Counted from the stretch's first letter, positions 1 through 10,344 are shown. The stretch is DNA of 64,000 bases from Chloroflexi bacterium UBA6622 (GCA_002433065.1 DJHK01000001.1:41665-105664); one strand, 5' to 3'. Program-made: numbers and translations. Notes: generated by a model not told the origin, from the sequence alone.

Positions 1-1
1 G

Positions 2-526
2 GTGTTTAACACGCCATCTGGCGGTGACCTAGCCCCGATAGAAGTGATACTGGCACCAGGGACCGGACAAGTTGAACTAACGGGACTCATGGGCAACATA
101 ATGCAAGAGTCAGCGCACGCTGCTCTGACTTACGCCCGAGCTCATGCTTCGAGACTAGGTTACAAAGACGTCGATTTCTCAAAACAGGATGTTCATGTGC
201 ATGTGCCCTCCGGTTCACTTCCTAAAGAGGGGCCTTCCGCTGGGCTCGCAATGGCCATTGCACTGATCTCGGCTCTTACAAAAAAGAAAGTCCGCCGCGA
301 CGTCATCCTTACAGGAGAAATCACATTACAGGGTCGCGTCCTTCCGGTAGGAAGCATTAAGGCAAAAGTTCTGGCCGCTCATCGCGCTGGTATCGGCAAA
401 TTCGTGATGCCCAAAAGTAATCGACAGGATTTAGTTGATCTTCCAGAACATGTGCGAAAACAAATGGATTTTGTTGAAGTAGCTAATTTAAATGATGCCC
501 TGTCACAAACAATTCGTCTTGCATAA
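2..526 (+). CDS. lon: Lon protease, C-terminal proteolytic (S16) domain; 5' end cut by window edge
   Basis: Catalytic-serine motif [15 protein letters not shown] and lysine motif [14 protein letters not shown] are typical of the Lon S16 domain. The frame is open to base 2, so the gene is N-terminally truncated by the window edge. Confidence 0.85.
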   Translation: MFNTPSGGDLAPIEVILAPGTGQVELTGLMGNIMQESAHAALTYARAHASRLGYKDVDFSKQDVHVHVPSGSLPKEGPSAGLAMAIALISALTKKKVRRDVILTGEITLQGRVLPVGSIKAKVLAAHRAGIGKFVMPKSNRQDLVDLPEHVRKQMDFVEVANLNDALSQTIRLA

Positions 527-615
527 ACCATCTTCTCGTTATCCTGCACCGTTCCGACCGCTATGCTGATGGAATCGAGGCCTTGCCCTCGCTATAACTG
601 ACACTTGGAACTGAC

Positions 616-1671
616 ATGTTCGGCCCATTCAGCGCCCTACTGGGACTATTTAGTCGAGATCTCGGCATTGATCTCGGCACTGCCAACACGCTTGTCTACG
701 TCAAAGATCGTGGCGTTGTTTTGTCTGAACCGTCGGTCGTCGCCATCGAGACACAGACTTCCCGTGTCCTCGCGGTTGGTGCGGAAGCCAAGAAAATGGT
801 CGGAAGAACGCCAACAAACATAGTCGCAATCCGCCCACTTCGAGACGGAGTTATAGCCGATTTCGATACCGTCCATGCAATGCTCGAGTATTTCATTGGT
901 CGCGTTCACGGAGATCTACCAATCGCAGCACGCCCTAGAGTCATCGTCGGGGTTCCATCGGGTGTTACCGAGGTTGAAAAGCGTGCTGTCCATGAAGCCA
1001 GTCTTCAAGCCGGAGCCCGAGAGGTTTACTTGATCGAGGAACCAATGGCTGCCGCTATAGGAGCAGGGCAGCCAATTCAGGAAGCCACTGGAAGTATGAT
1101 TGTTGATATTGGTGGAGGGACCACCGAAGTTGCTGTTGTGTCTTTAGGCGGCGTCGTAGTTAGTCACAGTATTCGAGTAGCAGGGGACGAGATAGATGAA
1201 CATATCGTTGAATACTGTCGAAGCGACCATACCCTCCTGATAGGGGAACGCACTGCAGAGTCATGCAAAATCGCCGTTGGATCGGCCTTCCCAGGTCTAC
1301 AAGAAGAAACCACCATCGTCCGAGGACGCGATTTGCAAACCGGACTCCCACGTCAAGTGGAACTGACATCCAGCCAAGTCCGTGAGGCAATCAGTGGTCC
1401 AGTTACGGAGATCGTTGACAACATCAAGTTAGCCATTGAAGCAACACCTCCGGAACTACTGGCCGATGTCATGGAACAAGGCATCTATCTCGCTGGAGGG
1501 GGAGCAATGCTTGGCGGACTAGATAAGCGGATCGAGCAAGAAACAGACATCCCCGTGCACATTGCGAATAATGCGCTAGAGGCAGTGGTGCGCGGCACGG
1601 GCGCCTGTCTCCACAATCTCGAAGCTTTTCGAGAAGTCTTCGTCGCAGACAACGCGGCGCCATATGGCTAG
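616..1671 (+). CDS. mreB: Rod-shape determining actin homologue MreB
   Basis: N-terminal DLGIDLGTANTLVYV, the phosphate-2 motif VDIGGGTTEVAVVSLGG, and the actin-fold ATPase layout are all present. mreC and mreD follow directly. Confidence 0.95.
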   Translation: MFGPFSALLGLFSRDLGIDLGTANTLVYVKDRGVVLSEPSVVAIETQTSRVLAVGAEAKKMVGRTPTNIVAIRPLRDGVIADFDTVHAMLEYFIGRVHGDLPIAARPRVIVGVPSGVTEVEKRAVHEASLQAGAREVYLIEEPMAAAIGAGQPIQEATGSMIVDIGGGTTEVAVVSLGGVVVSHSIRVAGDEIDEHIVEYCRSDHTLLIGERTAESCKIAVGSAFPGLQEETTIVRGRDLQTGLPRQVELTSSQVREAISGPVTEIVDNIKLAIEATPPELLADVMEQGIYLAGGGAMLGGLDKRIEQETDIPVHIANNALEAVVRGTGACLHNLEAFREVFVADNAAPYG

Positions 1672-1682
1672 CTAGCAGCTCA

Positions 1683-2507
1683 ATGCGTGGCGGCCAACGA
1701 TCAATCCTACTCTTGTTGGTCATTGTTGGAATTAGCCTCTTGCTAACCATGCTTCGAGGCACAGGACCAGGTATCTCGGTAGAAGGTTTCGTGCAGAATC
1801 TTGTCTCACCTGTACGTTCTGCCACGACTAGCATCGCAGCAAGAAGCTCACAAACAATTGCTGATCTACAACGTATTGGTGAACTCCAGAAGGAAAATCA
1901 ACTCCTTAAAAAAGAGGTTTCCGAACTTAGAACCCTCTCATCCCAGCAGGAGTCGGCCGAACGAGAAAACGAATATTTACGTGAAGCTTTAGCATACAAA
2001 CAACAAAACACCGAATTGTCTCTCCTTACAGCTCAAGTGGTTGGTTTGGACAGCGTAGACGCGCTTAGCACCGTGATGATCGACCGTGGCGCGAACGACG
2101 GCGTACGTGTAGGCATGGCCGTCGTCTCCAGAGGGCATCTAGCCGGACGAGTTTTGGCAGTAACGTCAACTTCAGCACATGTTCTTCCAATAGACAGTCC
2201 GCAAAGCTCGGTGCATGCGGTAACCATAGGTGCCCCCGGAGGAACCGACGGGATCATCACGAGTGATGGTGGCAAATACCTGACGCTAACCCGAATAGAT
2301 CCTGAAGCTGTGTTGAAAGTCGGGGACGAGGTTGAAACTTCTGGCTTGGCAGGAAGATTTCCGCGAGGGCTCGTTATTGGTCGTGTCCTATCAATACATT
2401 CCTCTCCAGCAAGTGTCTTTAGAGAAGCAGTTATAGATCGATTCGAGCGGACCAAAGATCTGGACATACTACAGGTCGTCATATCAAAAGTAGCCCGGCC
2501 TGCATGA
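1683..2507 (+). CDS. mreC: Rod-shape determining protein MreC
   Basis: An N-terminal TM anchor is followed by a long coiled-coil (LQKENQLLKKEVSELR) and a beta-rich C-terminal domain. The gene sits between mreB and mreD. Confidence 0.8.
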   Translation: MRGGQRSILLLLVIVGISLLLTMLRGTGPGISVEGFVQNLVSPVRSATTSIAARSSQTIADLQRIGELQKENQLLKKEVSELRTLSSQQESAERENEYLREALAYKQQNTELSLLTAQVVGLDSVDALSTVMIDRGANDGVRVGMAVVSRGHLAGRVLAVTSTSAHVLPIDSPQSSVHAVTIGAPGGTDGIITSDGGKYLTLTRIDPEAVLKVGDEVETSGLAGRFPRGLVIGRVLSIHSSPASVFREAVIDRFERTKDLDILQVVISKVARPA

Positions 2508-2711
2508 CGCTCAACCCACGATAGTCGAAAGCAGTTTGTTGCCAATGCCTGTAGGTTAATAACCGCCAGTAAAGACCTGCCCCAATGCCACCTAACCTCC
2601 CTCTATGTCAGTACTATCCTTAGTGTCGACACATGACAGTTTGATGATAGATACGACTCAACCAATACTTGGTCATCTCAATTTGGCGAACAAGTACCCA
2701 AAGATATCCGG

Positions 2712-3287
2712 GTGGCTTCAACTGTGACAGTGACCAAGATACAAGCAACGCAGCGAGGCTGGATTCCACGCGCCAATTCAATTGGAACAGTTGTGCTTAT
2801 CCTTATTATGGTTCTGTTCCAATCATCAGTTTTTCCCTACTTTCAAATCGCAGGTGTCCGCCCATCACTGGTCCTGGTCACAGTCATCGTTCTAGCTAAA
2901 ACCAGCAGTAGCAGCAGAATTCTCGTCTGGGCTTTCGCATCAGGCTTATTTGTCGACCTATTATCCGTGTCGCCGATCGGTACAAACGCGCTACTGTTTA
3001 CGCTGTTGGTAGTTGTCGTAGATGCGCGCAGCCAACGTTTCGAACAAGTCAGCCTTGCCTCTACTATCTTGAGTGTTGCGATCGCGTTACTGCTGTACTA
3101 CCCAGCAATTGTCTTAGCAATGCAGCTAAACGGTTTCGAAGTGAACTGGCGCACGCAAGTTCTGGACCGACTTCCATTTGCAAGCCTAGTGAACATCTTT
3201 TTCGCCTTACTTATGTACCCGGTTCTACGTCTGCTGAGGAAGAACCAACGACCGAGTAGCACACCCAGACTTCAAAGCATCGGCTAG
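2712..3287 (+). CDS. mreD: Rod-shape determining protein MreD (small polytopic membrane protein)
   Basis: 191-aa hydrophobic protein with 4-5 predicted TM segments, lying between mreC and the PBP2 gene. The call rests on position and topology, because MreD has little sequence conservation. Confidence 0.6.
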   Translation: MASTVTVTKIQATQRGWIPRANSIGTVVLILIMVLFQSSVFPYFQIAGVRPSLVLVTVIVLAKTSSSSRILVWAFASGLFVDLLSVSPIGTNALLFTLLVVVVDARSQRFEQVSLASTILSVAIALLLYYPAIVLAMQLNGFEVNWRTQVLDRLPFASLVNIFFALLMYPVLRLLRKNQRPSSTPRLQSIG

Positions 3288-3293
3288 GGAAAC

Positions 3294-5249
3294 GTGGCTA
3301 ATTTTCAACAGCACAACAAGCGAGGTTCGATTGGGTATTCACACCCTGAAGCACGGCCAGGCGCTGGAGGACCGCCTGCTGATGGATCCCGACGGGCACT
3401 TATCCTGGGAGGCGCAGCCTTGATTGGAAACGCCGCGCTCATCGGTCGGCTGTGGCAGCTTCAGGTAGTCGAGTCCGCGAAGTACAAAGAACAAGCGCTA
3501 CGAAATCGGGCACGTACTGAATCCATCCATCCCGTTAGAGGACTTATCTACGACCGCAACGGCGAACCACTAGTGAGAAATATCCCGATTTATAGCGCCT
3601 GGCTCACAGCCTCGAAATTGTCTGCAGAACGGGAAACACCAGTCCTCTCTAATGTTGCAACATTAACTGGAGAGTCGTTACAAGAACTCCAGTTCAAACT
3701 TGATCAAGCAAAACAGTCGCCCACTAAAGCCATTCAGATAGCCGACGCAATACCCCGGGAATCCGCGCTTGCCATTGAGGAGCGACAACACGATCTCCCC
3801 GGAATCTCTATCCGGACAGCCATACGGCGAAGCTACAAACATGGAAACACATTTGGTCACATCATCGGATTTACAGGGCCGATACCGGCTGAAGAGGTAT
3901 CTGCCTATCAAGAACGTGGCGTCCTGTTCGACGAACATATAGGACGCTCCGGCCTAGAAAAGACCTTACAGAGTGAGTTGCGAGGCCGTGACGGTGCGAA
4001 ACGACTTGAAATTGATGCATTCGGACGAACTTTCCAAGAAGTTTCATCGCAAACACCTGTCGTCGGATCAAATGCTGTACTCACACTAGCGGTAAATGAG
4101 CAAAACGCGGTTCGAGAAATTCTGGCTCGACACCTCGCCCTACGTAAACAGGGGGCTGGCGTGGTGGTCGTGTTACGTCCTGACACTGGAGAAGTAGTAG
4201 CACTGGTTAGTCTTCCCGATTATGACAACAACGTATTTGCTAAAGGGGTCTCCAACAAAGATTACGAGCTCCTAGCAAGCGATCCTAGAAGGCCTCTAAT
4301 TAACCACGCTATCTCGGGCCTTTATCCCCCGGGTTCAACATATAAATTAGTGGCTGCGAGTGGCGCATTAGAATCTCGGATCATACTGCCCGAAAGCAAT
4401 ATCAAGTGCGATGGTCAATTAATTCTGAAGGACGGGTGGGCCTTTAACGATTGGTTGCCGCAAGGACACGGCCTGGTAAACCTCGAACGAGCAATTGCTG
4501 AATCGTGCAACATCTATTTCTACAACGTGTCCGGCGGCAATCCTTACACAAACCTAACGGGGCTTGGTAACCGCCGTTTGTCAGAATTTGAACGAGGTTT
4601 TGGATTTGGTACTGCCACACGCATTGATCTTCCAAGCGAGGCAGCTGGCGTCGTTCCAACTTCAGGTTGGAAGAACGACGCCAAGCTAGGACCGTGGGTA
4701 ACAGGAGACACCTACCACTCCGCGATAGGCCAAGGCCTAGTTCAGGTAACACCTTTACAAATCGCTAACATGTATGCAGCGATTGGAAATGGTGGCCGAT
4801 TAATGCGGCCCAAAATCGTAGACAAGCTTCTGAACCCGGAAGGCCAAATAGTCAAAACTTTCCAGCCAGAACTTCTAGGAAAACTGCCGGTCAGCCATAG
4901 TCACCTGCGTCTTCTGCAACGAGGACTCTTACAGGCTGTAAACGGTTCTTCTGGAACAGGCACACGCGCACAGTCATCCTATGCAGTTGTTGCTGGAAAG
5001 ACCGGTACGGCCGAGTACAGTGGGCAACGTGACCCAGAGGGACGCCTACCAAGTCACGCGTGGTTTTCTGGGTATGCGCCCGCCTCAAAACCAGAATATG
5101 CGTTCGCGGTCCTAGTACGAGACGGCGGCGAGGGATCTTTTGCAGCCGCGCCAATCGCTAGAGATATCGTCGACTACTTGATGACCGGTCAAATGCCACC
5201 TCTTCCGCAAGACCGTCCCGATTTTGTATCTCCGGACCGAAGACTATGA
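3294..5249 (+). CDS. mrdA: Penicillin-binding protein 2 (elongasome transpeptidase)
   Basis: N-terminal membrane anchor, PBP dimerisation domain, then transpeptidase motifs S-T-Y-K (GSTYKLV), S-C-N (AESCNIY) and K-T-G (GKTGTAE). rodA follows immediately. Confidence 0.9.
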   Translation: MANFQQHNKRGSIGYSHPEARPGAGGPPADGSRRALILGGAALIGNAALIGRLWQLQVVESAKYKEQALRNRARTESIHPVRGLIYDRNGEPLVRNIPIYSAWLTASKLSAERETPVLSNVATLTGESLQELQFKLDQAKQSPTKAIQIADAIPRESALAIEERQHDLPGISIRTAIRRSYKHGNTFGHIIGFTGPIPAEEVSAYQERGVLFDEHIGRSGLEKTLQSELRGRDGAKRLEIDAFGRTFQEVSSQTPVVGSNAVLTLAVNEQNAVREILARHLALRKQGAGVVVVLRPDTGEVVALVSLPDYDNNVFAKGVSNKDYELLASDPRRPLINHAISGLYPPGSTYKLVAASGALESRIILPESNIKCDGQLILKDGWAFNDWLPQGHGLVNLERAIAESCNIYFYNVSGGNPYTNLTGLGNRRLSEFERGFGFGTATRIDLPSEAAGVVPTSGWKNDAKLGPWVTGDTYHSAIGQGLVQVTPLQIANMYAAIGNGGRLMRPKIVDKLLNPEGQIVKTFQPELLGKLPVSHSHLRLLQRGLLQAVNGSSGTGTRAQSSYAVVAGKTGTAEYSGQRDPEGRLPSHAWFSGYAPASKPEYAFAVLVRDGGEGSFAAAPIARDIVDYLMTGQMPPLPQDRPDFVSPDRRL

Positions 5250-6412
5250 TGCGCATCCTTCTACTGCGGATTGACTGGGCAACGCTGATATCCGCCTTAG
5301 CCCTAATCGGACTTGGAATCCTAATGTTGCAAACAACCTCAAGCCCTGAAGCACAAGGCCTCGAGAGTAGAGCCGTCCAGCAAGCGGCGTTGGCCGGAAT
5401 TGGCTTGGTTTTAGCAATTTCAATGTCACAAATTGACTACAGGTTTCTCAAGGGGCTTGCCATTCCCGCCTACATTGGTGGCCTTATAGCACTTTGTCTT
5501 GTCCTTTTTGTTGGAGACGCTAGCCTGGGTGCCCGTCGTTGGTTTGACCTCGGTTTGATTGTGATACAACCATCCGAAATCATGAAGATTGCAGCCATTG
5601 TCTTCTTCGCTAAGCATCTCTCCGAACGACGTGAATCGATCCGTTCCCTTCGTTCAGTGCTAACCAGCCTGGTAATCGCTCTCTTTCCAGTTGGCCTGAT
5701 CCTACTAGAGCCAGATTTAGGCACGGCCGTGGTTTTTCTGTGTATATGGCTGGCCATGATTTTTGTCGCCGGTGCACGAGCATGGCATCTGGTTCTACCA
5801 ATAGGCGTCGGACTCGCGGCGTTTCCATTTGGATGGTTTTTCGCACAGGACTACATGAGGCAACGTTTCGTAATGTTCTTTAATCCAAGCAGTGATCCAT
5901 TAGGCGCTGGCTACAACGTGCTGCAAGCACAAATATCAATCGGGTCAGGCGGATACTTCGGCCAAGGCGTTGGTCAAGGCACTCAATCCAACCTCGAGTT
6001 CCTACGTGTCAAAGACACAGACTTTATTTTTGCGATGCTTGGAGAACAGCTTGGACTCGTAGGCACTCTAGGTCTGGTGCTTTTTTTCGCGCTGCTAATA
6101 ACTCAAGCAATTTTTATAGCGCTCAGAGCCCGAGACACCTTCGGCCAACTGCTAGCAATCGGCGTAGCTGCGATGCTCTTCACACAGTCATTCGTCAATA
6201 TCGGAATGAATGTGGGACTAATGCCAGTAACCGGAATAACCCTGCCTTTAGTGAGTTTTGGAAAGAATTCTCTGTTGGTAACCCTTGTTGGTATAGGATT
6301 CCTGCTAAGTGTCCACACCCACCGCACATCTGCTCCATTCCGACAGCAATCGGTCCAATTGGTGTCAGGTGCATTGACGTCAGTGCGTTCGAGAATCGAC
6401 CCGCGACGATGA
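5246..6412 (+). CDS. rodA: SEDS-family peptidoglycan glycosyltransferase RodA
   Basis: FtsW/RodA/SpoVE-family polytopic membrane protein with a characteristic C-terminal region. It overlaps mrdA by 4 bp within the mre cluster, which favours RodA over FtsW. Confidence 0.85.
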   Translation: MMRILLLRIDWATLISALALIGLGILMLQTTSSPEAQGLESRAVQQAALAGIGLVLAISMSQIDYRFLKGLAIPAYIGGLIALCLVLFVGDASLGARRWFDLGLIVIQPSEIMKIAAIVFFAKHLSERRESIRSLRSVLTSLVIALFPVGLILLEPDLGTAVVFLCIWLAMIFVAGARAWHLVLPIGVGLAAFPFGWFFAQDYMRQRFVMFFNPSSDPLGAGYNVLQAQISIGSGGYFGQGVGQGTQSNLEFLRVKDTDFIFAMLGEQLGLVGTLGLVLFFALLITQAIFIALRARDTFGQLLAIGVAAMLFTQSFVNIGMNVGLMPVTGITLPLVSFGKNSLLVTLVGIGFLLSVHTHRTSAPFRQQSVQLVSGALTSVRSRIDPRR

Positions 6413-7326
6413 CCAAGCGTATCCACGTTTCTGTCCCTGCCTCTTCCGCAAATCTTGGGTGTGGATTTGATACGTACGCGCTGGCACTTGAGCTTCGTGA
6501 CAGTTATTTGTTCGAACCAGCTTCACACGATGCAATCGAGGCGAACGGTAAATTTAAGAACCATGTCCCTAGAGATGTCTTCAGAAATCTCGCGTTCCGC
6601 GCTTTTCGAACTCTCGCACCGACGACAGCAGGACCCTACCTACTAAAGGCGACACGTCATATCCCTCCCCAAGGCGGCTTGGGCGGATCCGCCGGAGCAA
6701 TTGTAGGCGGCCTTGTAGCCGCAAACATTGCGTTCCAGCTAGGCCACGATACTCAGGAACTACTTTGGAAAGCAGCTGAACTTGAAGGTCACGCGGATAA
6801 CGTCGCGGCCGCACTTTTAGGTCAATTGGTCGTTAATGTACGTACAGATCAAGAGATCCATGCGGCTCAGATTCCGTTTCCGGATGACATCGGCATTTGC
6901 TTAATCGTGCCAAGTTACCGAGTGGCGACGACCAAGGCCCGTTTGGACCTTCCGAGCACAGTCACGCTCGAAGATGCCATCGCAAATTTGGGTCGCGCAT
7001 CGCTTTTCCTCGCAGCACTTCAAACCAGTCGATATGAATTACTGGCGTTGGCTACAGAAGACTTTCTTCACCAACCGTACCGGGCTGAACTGAACCCAGT
7101 TCTATTTCCGTGTATTCGGGCGGCTATGGATAAAGGAGCCTACGGCTCTGCCTTGAGTGGTTCAGGTCCTACTGTCATTGCCCTTGCCCCCCCAGACCAC
7201 GTTATGCGCGTAGCCGGAGCTATGGCTGATGCCGCAACAGAATCGGGCTTTAGCTGCGAAACATACGTAGTTAAGGTTGCAGATCAAGGCCCTATAACTG
7301 TCAATGTAGCTGATCAAAAGCCTTGA
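6409..7326 (+). CDS. thrB: Homoserine kinase (GHMP family)
   Basis: VPASSANLGCGFD, the GHMP motif PPQGGLGGSAGAIVGG, and the ThrB signature HADNVAAALLGQ are all present. The start overlaps the rodA stop by 4 bp. Confidence 0.85.
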   Translation: MTKRIHVSVPASSANLGCGFDTYALALELRDSYLFEPASHDAIEANGKFKNHVPRDVFRNLAFRAFRTLAPTTAGPYLLKATRHIPPQGGLGGSAGAIVGGLVAANIAFQLGHDTQELLWKAAELEGHADNVAAALLGQLVVNVRTDQEIHAAQIPFPDDIGICLIVPSYRVATTKARLDLPSTVTLEDAIANLGRASLFLAALQTSRYELLALATEDFLHQPYRAELNPVLFPCIRAAMDKGAYGSALSGSGPTVIALAPPDHVMRVAGAMADAATESGFSCETYVVKVADQGPITVNVADQKP

Positions 7327-7489
7327 TCTAAAACTCCGTATACTTGCGTTAGGTGGCGTAATGCTGAAGCCTACGGCAGTCCGCCACCGATGGGAGGCAA
7401 ATTAGAGTGGACGGTGCGCACGCCTGCGCTCAGACCGTCCTCCCTGCGCACCACGAATTTGCCGAGATTTTCCAGACAAGAGTTCCTCA
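7327..7489 (+). promoter_or_regulatory. Structured 5' leader of the guaA-pur operon (candidate cis-regulatory RNA or promoter region)
   Basis: A 163-nt non-coding gap precedes the first gene of an 11-gene operon. One hairpin is GGTGGCG...CGCCACC (7352-7389). A second, nested hairpin is GGGAGG...CCTCCC (7392-7444), with inner GACGGT/ACCGTC and GCGCA/TGCGC stems. Duplicated TGCGC and CCACC segments allow mutually exclusive pairings. Confidence 0.2.
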
Positions 7490-9052
7490 ATGGCGATGAC
7501 GTCGTTCGAAAAAACCGACGATTCAGAGACCATCGTCGTTGTAGATTTCGGTGCTCAATACAGTCAACTTATCGCACGTAGAGTACGTGAAGTTGGTGTA
7601 CGAACGTTGATCGTTCCTTCAGGGAATTTCGAAGCTCTGAATGTCAACAATCTGCGTGGGATCATCCTGTCAGGCGGACCAACCAGTGTCTACGAAGAAG
7701 GTGCACCCCAACTCCACGACTCAATCATGAGCACTGGAGTCCCAATTCTTGGGATTTGCTATGGGATGCAATTGCTGAGTCATGCTCTAGGCGGAACAGT
7801 TACACCGGCAGACGACCGGGAGTTTGGTCCCGCCCGAGCCAAGACTGTTGGTCCGAAACACGAGATTTTTCGCGACCTACCTAACGAACATGATGTTTGG
7901 ATGAGTCATGGAGACGTAGTCACTTCCGTTCCGGACGGTTTCCGAGTCATAGCTGAAACCCCCACATCCCCGATAGCTGCTATTGCAAACGACAGCGGCA
8001 TCGTTGCGTTCCAGTTCCATCCTGAAGTCCGCCACACGAACTACGGGAATGAAATGCTACGCAACTTCGCAATTGACCTTTGTGGGTGTCGAGGAGATTG
8101 GAAACCTCAATCGATTTTGGACCGTCGAGTAGCCCAAATCCGAAAACAAGTTGCGAATGGCCGAGTCATATGTGGCCTCAGTGGAGGCGTGGACAGCAGT
8201 GTCACCGCCGCTCTTGTTGAACGTGCTATCGGAGACCGACTTACAGCGATATTTATCGACACCGGATTACTTCGAGCCAATGAGGTAGCCGAAGTTCAAG
8301 AAGCCTTCCAAGGTGGATTTGATCTTCAGCTTGTAACGGTCGATGCCTCCGGAGAATTCATGGATGCGCTCTCCGGGATCCTCGACCCCGAAGAGAAAAG
8401 GAAAATTATTGGCGAGCGCTTTGTTCGAGTATTCGAGAGAGAAGCAAAAAAAATCGAAAATGCGGCATTTCTTGCCCAAGGAACCATCTATCCAGACGTA
8501 ATCGAAAGCGGGGGCCTACACGGGTCAGCAGCGGTAATTAAGAGCCACCATAATGTTGGCGGTCTACCAAAAGACGTTCAGTTTGAACTTGTGGAACCAC
8601 TTCGTGAGTTGTTTAAAGACGAAGTTCGAGCTCTGGGAAAAGAGCTTGGCTTACCAGGTGAGTTGGTGTGGCGACAACCGTTCCCTGGGCCTGGTCTCGC
8701 CGTAAGAATCATGGGTGAAATTACGCCTGATAAAGTTTCACTCCTTCAGCGTGCTGACAGAATTTTGCGGGATGAAATCAAAGCAGCAGGTCTAAAAAAT
8801 CATCCTTCTCAATATTTTGCTGTGCTTCCTGGGGTTCGAACAGTAGGCGTTATGGGTGATGGAAGAGCTTATGGCCAACTCCTGGGGATTCGCGCAGTTA
8901 CAACTGACGACTTTATGACAGCTGATTGGGCAAGAATTCCGTACGACGTGTTAGGACATATTTCGTCTCGGATTGTGAACGAGATCGAAGATATAACACG
9001 GGTTGTTTACGACATTACCCCGAAACCACCAGGAACCATTGAATGGGAATAA
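7490..9052 (+). CDS. guaA: GMP synthase (glutamine-hydrolysing)
   Basis: Class I glutamine amidotransferase N-domain (VVDFGAQYSQLIARRVRE, catalytic ICYGMQ), PP-loop SGGVDSSV, and the C-terminal GMP synthase dimerisation domain ending IEWE. Confidence 0.95.
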   Translation: MAMTSFEKTDDSETIVVVDFGAQYSQLIARRVREVGVRTLIVPSGNFEALNVNNLRGIILSGGPTSVYEEGAPQLHDSIMSTGVPILGICYGMQLLSHALGGTVTPADDREFGPARAKTVGPKHEIFRDLPNEHDVWMSHGDVVTSVPDGFRVIAETPTSPIAAIANDSGIVAFQFHPEVRHTNYGNEMLRNFAIDLCGCRGDWKPQSILDRRVAQIRKQVANGRVICGLSGGVDSSVTAALVERAIGDRLTAIFIDTGLLRANEVAEVQEAFQGGFDLQLVTVDASGEFMDALSGILDPEEKRKIIGERFVRVFEREAKKIENAAFLAQGTIYPDVIESGGLHGSAAVIKSHHNVGGLPKDVQFELVEPLRELFKDEVRALGKELGLPGELVWRQPFPGPGLAVRIMGEITPDKVSLLQRADRILRDEIKAAGLKNHPSQYFAVLPGVRTVGVMGDGRAYGQLLGIRAVTTDDFMTADWARIPYDVLGHISSRIVNEIEDITRVVYDITPKPPGTIEWE

Positions 9053-10344
9053 CAGTATTAGTGGTTGGAAGCGGTGGACGCGAGCATGTTATTTGCTGGC
9101 GGATACTACGCGACCGACCAGATGCAAAGATTTACTGTGCCCCCGGAAACGGCGGCATCGGAACCATCGCCACCCGCGTGCCAATAGACGCTACTGCTAT
9201 CGAAGATTTAGTGCAATGGGCCAAAACCCAACGACCAGACCTTGTCATTGTCGGCCCTGAAGAACCAAGCGCGCTTGGATTGGTCGACCAACTTCTATCT
9301 GAGGACATTAAAACATTCGGGCCCAGCGCCGCAGCTGCACAACTAGAAGCCAGTAAAGCCTGGACAAGCTCACTGCTGGAGCGTGAGGGAATTCCGATTC
9401 CTAAAACAGCAATCTTTGATGATGCTGCAAACGCCCATGGCTACATCGACTCTCGAGATAATCTGGTCGTGGTAAAAGCGGATGGCCTAGCGCTCGGTAA
9501 AGGTGTTTTGGTCTGCAGCAATGTTGAGGAAGCTCACAGCGCCGTCGATCTGCTCTTAGTAAAACGCAAATTCGGTGATGCAGGATCCCCCATAGTTATC
9601 CAGGACCGGTGCTTCGGTCCTGAACTCTCAGTGTTCGCCCTCTGTGCCGGTACCGATTTCAGGTTGCTCGGTTCAGCTCGAGATTACAAGCGTGCTTACG
9701 ACGGAAACAAGGGGCCCAACACCGGCGGAATGGGAGCATACACGCCAGTAACTGACGCTCGACCGCAGCTTATACAAGAAATCGCCGACCGAGTCATCGG
9801 TCCAACCCTTGAAGCTACTGCAAGAGCTGGTGCACCGTTTACCGGCATTCTATACGCCGGAATAATGCTCACCCCAAACGGCCCAGTTGTCATCGAGTTC
9901 AACGTGCGTTTAGGAGATCCCGAAGCACAGGTCATACTGACCACATCAAGCGGGGACTTTGTTTCGGCAATTGAATCGGCCATTGATGGAAACTTGGAGA
10001 AAGTTGACGTTGCTCCAAATGGGTCAGCAGCAGTTTGCGTAGTACTGGCCTCAAATGGGTATCCGAACGACTATGTAAAAGGCCATGAAATCATTGGTCT
10101 TGATGATCTACCGAATGGCGCGCTAGCGTTTCATGCTGGAACCGAAACCATCTCGGGATCGGTCTACACGGCGGGCGGGCGGGTACTGAGCGTCGTCGGG
10201 CATTCCGATAATATCGACTCGGCGAAACGATTGGCTTATCAAGCAGCAAGACAAATTACATTTAAGGGTGTACATATGCGTACTGATATTGCGACATCTG
10301 AACTTTCGACACTTACCGACACCAATGGCGAAAGACTGAAATGA
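9043..10344 (+). CDS. purD: Phosphoribosylamine--glycine ligase
   Basis: N-terminal VLVVGSGGREHVICW is typical of PurD and the protein has the ATP-grasp fold. The start overlaps guaA by 10 bp. Confidence 0.95.
   Translation: MGITVLVVGSGGREHVICWRILRDRPDAKIYCAPGNGGIGTIATRVPIDATAIEDLVQWAKTQRPDLVIVGPEEPSALGLVDQLLSEDIKTFGPSAAAAQLEASKAWTSSLLEREGIPIPKTAIFDDAANAHGYIDSRDNLVVVKADGLALGKGVLVCSNVEEAHSAVDLLLVKRKFGDAGSPIVIQDRCFGPELSVFALCAGTDFRLLGSARDYKRAYDGNKGPNTGGMGAYTPVTDARPQLIQEIADRVIGPTLEATARAGAPFTGILYAGIMLTPNGPVVIEFNVRLGDPEAQVILTTSSGDFVSAIESAIDGNLEKVDVAPNGSAAVCVVLASNGYPNDYVKGHEIIGLDDLPNGALAFHAGTETISGSVYTAGGRVLSVVGHSDNIDSAKRLAYQAARQITFKGVHMRTDIATSELSTLTDTNGERLK

Noticed and set aside
7327-7489. Purine (guanine/adenine) riboswitch or ZTP (pfl) riboswitch upstream of guaA
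   Set aside because: The region begins with TATAC...TTGCGT and ends with GATGGG, which vaguely recalls the xpt aptamer. But it lacks the three-way junction with two short hairpins and the conserved J2/3 and L2/L3 nucleotides. It also lacks the ZTP GGGUCGUGAC / CCGCCUGGGCA consensus and pseudoknot. I report it only as an unclassified structured leader.
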